From Octopus vulgaris (taxonomy: Eukaryota), in assembly GCA_951406725.2 (NCBI GenBank), contig OX597839.1, positions 36,022,001-36,086,000 of the forward strand: 64,000 bases of DNA, given 5' to 3'. Below, piece after piece: positions 53,584 to 64,000 of this stretch (positions within the stretch are counted from its first letter, which is position 1; each line of letters opens with the position of its first letter). The notes below the pieces were generated by a model that saw only the letters and a list, made by a program, of their open reading frames with translations, did not search any database and was not told the DNA's origin. The translations under genes and the position numbers were made by a program.

Positions 53584-55050
53584 CAGGCTATCCCCAACAC
53601 ATGTATACACATATTGAATGATTCATTAAGTCAAGTGTTTATTAAAATGTTTCATTTTGAAAATTGAATAGGATCTACAGATAGAATTCGTGTTTTTTTT
53701 GTTTTATGAATACCTGTTTTCATACTGATGGCCGGTTCTGGTCCAGGCCCTGCTGATAACGTGAAGCGATAGAATCTGAAACATTAAAAAAGATTTGGTT
53801 CGGTGTTTGTACACATTTTCTTTAAATGGCTGCCCTCGAGTCGCCGATTGTCGCCGGTGTTGTACATAAACTTCATCCTTTTAAGTTCTTCCGTAAAATA
53901 AACTTTTGTGTTGTGAGATCCGGTGAACGCAAAGAGTATTCTACTGAACCTCTTCGTCTAATCCACTTTGATGGCAAAATTTCATCAACGTAGGTCCTTT
54001 TACATTATTGGTGTAGTATGGCGGTGTCGCAATTTGTTGGAAATAAATCTCTACATTTTTAAAATCGTCTTGAATGCTTGACATGACACATTGCCGTAGC
54101 AAGTTCAAGTAAACAGGACCAATCATAGTACCGTCAGAAAAGAAATGTCCAATTAAACCATTTGGGTGATAAGTTGAACCATATTTTACTTCACCCTGTG
54201 AGAAATTAAAATGTTTTTCATGTGTAATAGGCAGATTCTCGGGGTCCCCAGTAGGTACAAGTGTTGCGATCAACTGAGCCATTCAATTTAAATGTAGCCT
54301 CAGGTGTGGCTGTTGGGTAAGTAGCTTGCTTACCAACCACATGGTTCCGGGTTCAGTCCCACTGCATGGCACCTTGGGCAAGTGTCTCCTACTATAGCCT
54401 CGGGCCGACCAAAGCCTTGTGAGTGGATTTGGTTGACGGAAACTGAAAGAAGCCCGTCGTATATATGTATGTATATGTATATATGTGTGTGTCTGTGTTT
54501 GTACCCCTCCCCAAAATCGCTTGACAACCGATGCTGGTGTGTTTACGTCCCCGTTGGCAGTTCGGCAAAAAGAGACCGATAGAATAAGTACTAGGCTTCC
54601 AAAGAGTAAGTCCTGGGATCGATTTCCTCGACTAAAGGCGGTGCTCCAACATGGCCATAGTCACATGACTGAAACAAGTAAAAGCGTCATGACTCCAAGC
54701 AATCATTTATGAGAACATACGCATTTTCTACACACCTTGCGAAGAACCACTCGCAAAACATTGAGAACATGGATTATTCTTGGAATGTAAATTTGTCAAT
54801 GATTGCACTTCAAAAGGCGATAGACACCAAATTTTGGGAATACTATCTCACGGCTTGCTTCCTGCACAGATTTTCTTGAAATCTGGAAATAAGTTTCCTA
54901 GTGTCCCCCTTTATTTTTGTTTTTTGTTTTCTGGGATCGTCAGTATCTGCAGCCTTCCAGAGGGCTTCTTGTGGACATTCTGAACAGCAGTTCTAATCTG
55001 CTTTGCTTCAAACTCACCGCTAATGAGAATGAATCTAAGTCGTATAGAAA
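53584..55050 (-). pseudogene. Decayed Tc1/mariner transposase element, interrupted by a SINE
   Basis: Minus-strand fragments VQNVHKKPSGR (HTH linker), FCEWF, WSHE|ATFKLNGSV, GLIGHFFSDGT..GPVYLNLL, YFQQ, WIRRRG..YSLRSPDLT, DSIASRYQQ..DQN; TIR-like TA-caggctatccccaacacatgtatacac at 53582-53610. Confidence 0.9.
54301..54686 (+). mobile_element. SINE family A inserted into the transposase
   Basis: Near full-length match to family A; tca repeated at both junctions. Confidence 0.9.
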
Positions 55051-55090
55051 GGATATGTTCGAAACATATACGTGTGTGTGTGTGTGTGTA

Positions 55091-55241
55091 CAGGATGTCT
55101 CGAAAAATGTATACATCAAGTGGCATTTCCATTTAGATTTCACCCATTCGAAATGATGAAAGGAGCTTCAAATATAGGAAGTTTTGCTCTGAACTGCCAC
55201 TGGAAGTTTACAAATGAAAGACTGACTTTTTGAGACACCCC
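55091..55241. mobile_element. Small mariner-type MITE or terminal segment
   Basis: TA-caggatgtctcgaaaaatgtatac / tttttgagacacccc imperfect TIRs, related to the 53584 TIR. Confidence 0.5.
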
Positions 55242-55633
55242 TTTCACACACACACAGATGCCTATGTCATTAGTCAGTTGTTCGTAAATGAAAGAAAAAC
55301 AGTACACCTTAAAAAAGAACTTGAACAGTCAAATTTTATATACATACAAACATACATACATATATACATATACATGCATATATACATGTGTGTGTGTAAG
55401 TATATATATATATATATATTATATTAAATTAGAGACAAAACCACTATTAGGCAAATCAAACAATGAAAAACTTAAGCCAATACATAAGATTATTTAATTT
55501 ATATTATTTAAATATATAACAAAATTATTAAAAAAATATAATTAATATCACACTACGATCGTTTCATGCCTCCTAAATCTGATTTTTCCCTGTAAGTTTG
55601 GATTTATTCCCTAATATTTATTATTAATTAATA

Positions 55634-55694
<61 letters not shown>

Positions 55695-56159
55695 TTATAT
55701 ACATTTTCACTGTATATATTTGACTATAGACAATAGACAAATATTGGGACAAATGACGGAAAAAATAGGTTGGGCGCGCGTGAAAATCGAACCCATACTT
55801 CATGTGTGTGTGTGTCTGACTGTCTGTACATAAACTGGTACTTATAGTGCGTTTATTACATGCATTGTACATATGTAATATACATTACAGTATTAATAGA
55901 TTATTGTTGATATGTATATATGAACACACACACACATATATATATATATAGATGGAATATATTAAACACATGTCTACGACAATTTCCCACTTATGATATA
56001 CATACACGCTTGAAGTGTATACATTATGTCTCTACTTATTATGTACATCATATATGAATATTGCTACTGATCGTATCATATAGTCTCGCTATATTGCTAC
56101 GTGTAATATATATATATATATGTATACATATATATATAATGTATATATATATATATATG

Positions 56160-56264
<105 letters not shown>

Positions 56265-57252
56265 CACACCAGTATGTATATGTCCATTATACAGACCCGT
56301 TATATAAATCCGGTAATTAACACGAGTAAGTCATATATGCATGCATGTAGAATATATATATATATATATATATAAAATATATATACATACATACATATAT
56401 ATATATAAAATATATATACATACATACATATATATATATATATATGAAATATATATATACAAATATATATTTATATACATACATATATATATATATATAT
56501 ACAGACACACGCACATATATATGTTTGTGTGTGTACGTACGTATCGTTATTGTACAAGCGATATACACATGCATATAGAAACATACGTAGAAGTATATAT
56601 GTAAATGGTATGTGTGTGTGTATACATACATACATACATACATATATATATGTATGTATATATATATATACATAAGTATATGTATATTATATATATATAT
56701 ATATATACACCTATAAAAAATATAATATATATGTGTACACTGTAATGTTATACGTATGTCATGTATACCCAATAAAGTATATACAAGCTGTATATGTATA
56801 TAATTTAATGAAAACACTGCAAAGCAACTGAAGTGTATAACGTAGTTGAGTATATAAGAGATGACAATTGGTAGACTTGGCCTGCGTGTGAAATATAGAT
56901 ACAGTCAGGCTATTGTTTATTGTACATGCGGCACTTTAATAAGAGACGAATAATCAACAGCAAATGAGAGAGACAACTATACGGATAGGTGAGTGTGTGT
57001 AAAGTTGGCGTGGAGAGGATCTATAGTTGTATGTGTGTATGAATAAATATATACATATCTTTCTATGCATGTATGTATGTATGTATCTGTCTATCCATCT
57101 AATAGATAGATAGACAGATTGGTAGATAAATAGATAGACAGATACATACATCTAATAGATAGATAATATGTGTGTATGTATGCATAAATATATACATATC
57201 TTTCTATGTATGTATGTATCTGTCTATCTATCCATCTAATAGATAGATAGAC

Positions 57253-57318
<66 letters not shown>

Positions 57319-57546
57319 GCAGACACATACACAGTCTACCTATCTGTCTATAACTAGATACACAGATAGGTAGGAAGATAAGTGCGTATGTATTTATGTA
57401 TATATGTATGAATATATTGATGTGAAATTGATGTGGAAAGTGTATATTAAGATGTTCTCTGTTTGGCTGGACGGATGGATGGATGCAGGCGTGAAAGAGT
57501 TTTATGCATGCATGTGTGTATGTATATATGTATGTGTATATATACA

Positions 57547-57750
57547 GGCGAACCCTTGGAATGAGTTAGCACGCCGGATACAATGCTTAGGGGCATTTCT
57601 TCCGTCTTTACGTTCCGAGTTCAAATTCCGCCGACGTCGACTTTATCTTTCACTCTTTCGGGGTTGATAAAATAAGTACCAGTTGAGTACTGGAGTCGAA
57701 GTAATCGACTAGCAACTTCCCACAAAATTTCAGACCTTCTGCCCATAGTA
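57547..57750 (+). mobile_element. SINE family B (B2 tail), diverged
   Basis: gagttcaaattccgccgacgtcgacttt...gataaaataagtaccagttgagtac. Confidence 0.78.
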
Positions 57751-57854
57751 AAAGGGATATATGTATCTTGATGTGTGTGTATGAATGTACATGTCAAGTT
57801 TCTATAGAGAGTGTATATAAAAATGGGTGTTACTATAGTATTTATTATATATTT

Positions 57855-58125
57855 ATGCACCCTTTTCAAGTCTAACCAGGCGCATGGGCCCGATTTCCCG
57901 GTTTCTATGGCGTATGTGTTTCCCCCAGGTGGATGGGACGCCAGTCCATCGCAGCGTTACTTAAGAAATAGGAAGAAAGAGTGAGAGAAAGTTGTGGTGA
58001 AAGAGTACAACAGGGGTCGCCACCACCAACTGCCGGAGCCTTGGGGAGCTTTCAGGTGCTTTCGCTCAATAAACACACACAACGCCCGGTCTGGGAATCG
58101 AAACCGCGAGTTCGCTGCCCTAACC

Positions 58126-58127
<2 letters not shown>
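57855..58127 (-). mobile_element. Chimeric SINE: family C head/body with a different tail
   Basis: Matches C up to ggaagaaagagtgagagaaagttg, then minus ctgcgatggactggcgtcccatcc...gccatagaaaccggg. Confidence 0.8.
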
Positions 58128-58190
<63 letters not shown>

Positions 58191-58505
58191 TATCTGTGTG
58201 GTTGTATCTGTATATGTGGGTGTGTTTGTGTATATATGTATATGAGTTTATGAAAGTGGACGTTCAGGTGTGTTTGAGTACTTGTGAATGCACGTGCATG
58301 TATGTGCGTGAATATGTGAAATGTCTAATTATTAAAGAAGCGAAACAATCAATAATTCCATTTGCGGCGCTCGGCATTTTTTCCTTGGCTATTTCATCTC
58401 TACAGTTATCTAAGTACTTGGGTCAACAACAGCGATAAAGGATATATACTTCAACTGACAAAGACCAAGAAGGTAGAAACGTTCCCAGTTGTCTACCTTG
58501 TATAC

Positions 58506-58705
58506 CAGCGGTTTTCAACCAGGGTTCCGCCAGTACAGTCCAGGGGTTCCGCAAGAAGTTAAAAAACTGCTAAAATCGGCAGTAATTTTTAATTTTCCTG
58601 TGCAGATATGTGTGCATAAGACTATAAAATATTGCACAGGGGTTCCACGAGCCAGTGGAATGTTTCCTTGAGGTTCCGCTCCAGCAAAAAGTTTGAAAAG
58701 CACTG
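58506..58705. mobile_element. hAT-type MITE
   Basis: TIRs cagcggttttcaac / tttgaaaagcactg; internal ggttcc motifs; TSD ttgtatac / ttgtatta. Confidence 0.8.
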
Positions 58706-59221
58706 TTGTATTACAATAACATAAGGCATACAGTAATATTTCTCCTTACTGACGTATCCACAGTCGATATTTCTGACGTCGAAAACGTTGGATGCACGCA
58801 ACTCTACTTTTAATTTTTAAGCAATAATCTACGTTCTCCGTATCAGCTAATTTACATAAAGAGGAGCAATGTCTTAGGTTCAGAGAGAAACTCACTACCT
58901 TTTAACGTCCTGTCGAACATCGAGAACGATGTTCGATTCCAGTTTTCGTGGGAGTTACATATATTATTAACAATTTGAAGTGTGTGGATTTGGTTTGAAG
59001 CCGAAAGAAGCCCTTCGCAAAGAAATTATGAACTTATGTTTGTTCTGCCGTAACTTAGCTGTTTGGCAAAGGGACCGATAGAATTGTTATCGGGTTCAGG
59101 AAAAAAATACTGGAGGCCACTATATACCCTTCAAGTTGTCCCCAGGATAATCGCAGTCTAATGAGTGAACGAGTTAAAATAAGATATTTACACACAGAAT
59201 ACAGATAAAAGCATATATTCC

Positions 59222-59520
<299 letters not shown>

Positions 59521-60677
59521 TATTGATATGCCTATATGCGTGTCATATTCACTGCATTTAAACACACATAGTGTTTGTGTATGCGTGTGTATAAAATACA
59601 TGTGTGCAATATGTTTATAATACTTTCTAACTAACCCACCCATGTATGTGTCTATATGTATATAGAGGCATGTATGTGCATGTGTGAGTGTGTGAGTGAG
59701 TGTGTGTGTGTGTGTCCGTGCATGCGTGAATGTGTGAAATGAGTTTTATTGATAAAGCTTTTCATCCGTTAATCTAGAAATATAAGACGTCACTAGCAAA
59801 CGTCTTGCTATCCGTGGATTGTATGGGTTTGTGAGGAGGTAGCAGCTAGTTAAGGGGAGCGGGCTGAGGTATGGACTAGTACTAGTATAATATAAAGAGA
59901 GAGAGTGAGGGGGGGAGAGCTGAAAATAGAATGAAGTGTAAGCGGGGAGGAGTGAGTGAGGGTAAGTATTGAGATAAGGGAAGGGGTGGTGAGTGACACT
60001 TGAGTAGAAGGTAGAGGAGTGTTGTTGGGGGGGGGATTTTATAATGTGAGAGAGAGAGAGAGAGGAGGAGGGAGAGGAGAGGAAAAAGAGTTTGTGTTGT
60101 TATGTAGAATAATAATAGAGAAAGGAGGGAGTTGAAAGATAGAGAAGTTGGTTGGGGATGATGAAATGTGAGATAAAAGTAAGAGGAGAGATCAGATGAT
60201 AGATGAAGAGGAAAGAGATGAGTGTGTGTGCGCTAGAGAGGAAGAGAGAGGGGGAGGATGAAAGAAAAGAGATAGAAGGAGGGTGAATAGTAATGTATGG
60301 GAATATACAGGCAAAAAGGAAGAGAAGGAAAAAGAGACAGAGAGAGGGAATGGTCGAGGAGAGAGGCAGAACATGCAGTAAAGGAATATAGAGGGGGAGA
60401 ATGTGAGAGAAGGGGGAAGAGTAAGAGTGAAAACATGATGTGTAAATGTGAGGAAGAGGGAGAGGAGAGGTAAAGTGGGGAAAAAACAGCGATAAAGACA
60501 AAGGAGGAGCAAGGTGACGTGTACTAGAACGAGGAATAGTGTGAGGAGAATAGTTGAGGGAGAGGGAGTGGTGTGTGTTGTTAGCTGACGTGACATTAGG
60601 TATGTGTGTGTGTGTATATATATATTGTGCGTGTGTGAATCTCTTTCATATGTATGTGTGAGGGAGCGTGTTTATAA

Positions 60678-60724
<47 letters not shown>

Positions 60725-61569
60725 CATATATCTATATAGATCGAAAGAGAGAGAGGCGAGTACACACATACACATAGGCGCATATATATATACACACACA
60801 CAATTGTATGTGTGTGTGTGTGTGTGTGTGTGTATACATAACATGTGTGCGTGCGTATGATTGTGTGTTAGACAAAGCAGGTCAGAGGAGCGGGGAGGTA
60901 TGATTAGTTTAGCAGAGCTGAAGGGGAGGAGAGAAAGGGAGAAGGAGGAGGAAAAACGATAAAGCGAGTGGGGTAGGGGTGGCGACGGGAGGGGAGGCGA
61001 ACACATGATGAAGGGAGCGGTGTGTGGTAGCGGGAAGAGGAGAAGACATGCAGGTGGTAAGTGTTGGGAAGGGGATGGTAGGAAGATGGTGCTGGGAGGG
61101 TTGGGTGGTGGTAAGAGGAGACTTAATGTAGCAAATTGGCTTTTTTTTTCTCTCTGGCAGCAATTTTTATTGCGCGCATGACTGTGTGTGTGTGTGTGTA
61201 TGTGTATGTATGTATGTGTGTATTTGCGTGCGTGTCTGTTAGTGGTTATGTGTGACTATACGTGTGTATGTACCTGTGTCTGTATATATATATATATATA
61301 TTTGTGTGTGTGTGTGTGTGTGCATGTGTGTATATGTGTGTGACGCTTATTAATCTTTTGTATTCTCTTTTTAGAAACGTTGGTATGTAGACAGGGTAGT
61401 GTGTGTGTGCGCCCGTGCGCTTATATACATGTGTGTATGTATATATATATATAGATATATAAATACACGCATATATATCTATACATATATATATATATAC
61501 ATACTTAGATACATATATATATAAACATGTATAAAAACATAGAATTAGTTATATGTATATATATGTATA

Positions 61570-61780
61570 TACACGTACACACAAGCATATATATATATGT
61601 ATATACACGTACACACAAGCACACATATATATATATATATGTATGTGTATATACACGTACACACAAGCACATATATATATATATATGTATGTGTATATAC
61701 GTACTCACAAGCACATATATATATATATATCTATATACACGTACACACAAGCACATATATATATATATATATATATGTAT
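61570..61780. repeat. Minisatellite tacacgtacacacaagca(ta)n, about 5 copies
   Basis: Directly visible. Confidence 0.9.
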
Positions 61781-62369
61781 ATACACACAGAATGTGTGTG
61801 TGTATGTAGTGTATTTCTGGATGAGAGAAGGGGGGTGTATTTCTGGAGGAGAGGAGGGGTAGGAGTGGCTGAGTGCTTCTCCGTATACGTCGTACGTGTA
61901 TATAAATACATGTATGTATGTATGTATGTATGTGTGTGTGTATGTATATATGGGTTTAGTGTGAGTGTGTGACAGTAAATATATGTGTGTGTGTGTGTAT
62001 GTTGGGGGGGATTATCTTGCTAATAAAATACCTATATCTATGTGTGTGTGTGTGTGTGTGTTTGATTTTGCTCTCGTTTCACAAACATTGGTATGCAGAG
62101 TGTAGACTTAGTTTTAACACTAACAGCATGTATTTATGTGCGTGTGTGGCGGTGTATATATTCGTATATGTTAGTGTATATTTTTTTTGTATATATATGT
62201 ACGAGAGGTATTTGAATATATAATGTGTGTGTGTGTATAAGACTACATATTTGATGTATTTTGTATATGATGAAAATATACGTCGAAACTATATTCCCAC
62301 TTTAAAAAAACGTATATTTGGAAGATATTGCATACAGCAATACAGACTATATATATATATACATATATA

Positions 62370-62424
<55 letters not shown>

Positions 62425-62780
62425 CATATATATATGCTATATATATGTATGTATATACATATATATACATACATATGTGTATAAATATATCATATATATA
62501 AATTCATTAATACATATATAATATACAAATTTGTATGTGTATATATATCTATCTATCTATCTATATATATATGATATATGTGTGTGCTTATGTATATATA
62601 TATATATATATATATACATATATGTATGTGTATATATCTATATATATATATATATATGAATATAAACATTTACATGTACGTATGTATACGTGTATATTTA
62701 TCTGTATGTATATATAACTATTTATATGTATTTCTGTTTATGTGTGTGTGTATACGTATGTATATATATATATGTATATA

Positions 62781-62874
<94 letters not shown>

Positions 62875-63409
62875 GTATATAAATATACATGTCCTTAGAT
62901 AGAGACAAATAATACACATATATATAGATATGAATATGTAATATATATATAGGTATATAATATGAATATTATATAGACTACATATATGTGTATATCTATA
63001 TCACATAAATAAATAAATATATTTCTGTGTAATTTCTGTCTATTTTTACGATTCCCATTCTGAATATAATTGGTTCTGCCAAGCAGGAGAAAGTATTTTT
63101 TATTCGTCATCGTTGTTTCAACCCCAAGTCGTCCCTGATCGAAGAGAGAGACATGATCAAAGCCATACCAGCCGTGGCTGTCCCTTCTTTTAAAGGCTAT
63201 ATAACACAACCTAATCTAATTTGGCCTCACCCACCCATACTTTTTTTGGTCTTTCAATTTGTTGTGTATATTTCGAGGAAAATTTTGTTGCTATAGCAAG
63301 AATATCGAATATATATATGCGTACATATGTATTGGTGTATATATATGTCTATAGCTGTGTGGATATATTTGAGTTTCGTGTATATATGTATGTGTGTGTG
63401 TGTGTGTGC

Positions 63410-63585
63410 GTCATTATGGTTAATGTGTGTGTGTGCTTATTATACAGTCTGAGTGTGTGTGTGTCATTATGGTTAATGTGTGTGTGTGTGTGCTTATTAT
63501 ACAGGTCTGTGTGTGTGTGTGCGTCATTATGGTAATGTGTGTGTGTGTGTGTGTGTGCGTCATTATGGTTAATGTGTGTGTGATT
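63410..63585. repeat. Minisatellite gtcattatggttaat(gt)n, about 4 copies
   Basis: Directly visible. Confidence 0.88.
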
Positions 63586-64000
63586 ATGTGAAAATAGATG
63601 TGAGTGTTGTGTGTTTGGTGTGTATATATGACTGGTTATTTGTGAATTTAGCATACGTGACTAGGTGTGTTTAGTATTATTCGTGGCTGTAGGTATGTGT
63701 CCTTGTGTGTGGGGGTGGGGTGCGTCTGCGTGTGTCCTTTATGTGTGTGTGTGCATGTGCGTGTGTGTCCTTTGTGTGTGTGTGTGTGTGTGTGGATAAG
63801 TACGAAGACCGACTACAAATAGATGATTGACTGACGAAATATTTTTCTGTAACTAATAAAACCTAGCAATTCATCTTTTCATAACAAATGTCTGACATAA
63901 ATGGGAGAGAAATAAAAGCAAATTATGAGCGTGTGTGTATGTACGCATGCAAGTATTCATATATTTATAATATATATATATGTATGTGTATATATATTAT

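Overview
AT-rich, microsatellite-saturated animal DNA. The density of (TA)n/(CA)n/(TAGA)n/(TATG)n tracts and the tRNA-derived SINE families point to a coleoid cephalopod, most likely Octopus (inference). I find no intact protein-coding gene, and the long ORFs are translations of simple repeats. Real coding remnants are a decayed Tc1/mariner transposase (53.6-55.1 kb, split by a SINE) and an RTE-LINE fragment (16.4-16.65 kb). The window also holds about 35 copies or fragments of at least four modular SINE families, two hAT MITEs with TSDs and other non-autonomous DNA elements. The most interesting signal is a set of short (150-280 bp) inserts, mostly embedded in (TA)n tracts, carrying hammerhead-ribozyme (HHR)-like folds of the Penelope-like (PLE) type. 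These include a five-copy family with a fixed A6U core change, a U3-A8 compensated core inside a fold-back, and a two-copy family whose three HHR strands lie in a non-circularly-permuted order (three crossing helices) with compensatory changes. All structures were read by eye and no activity is demonstrated.
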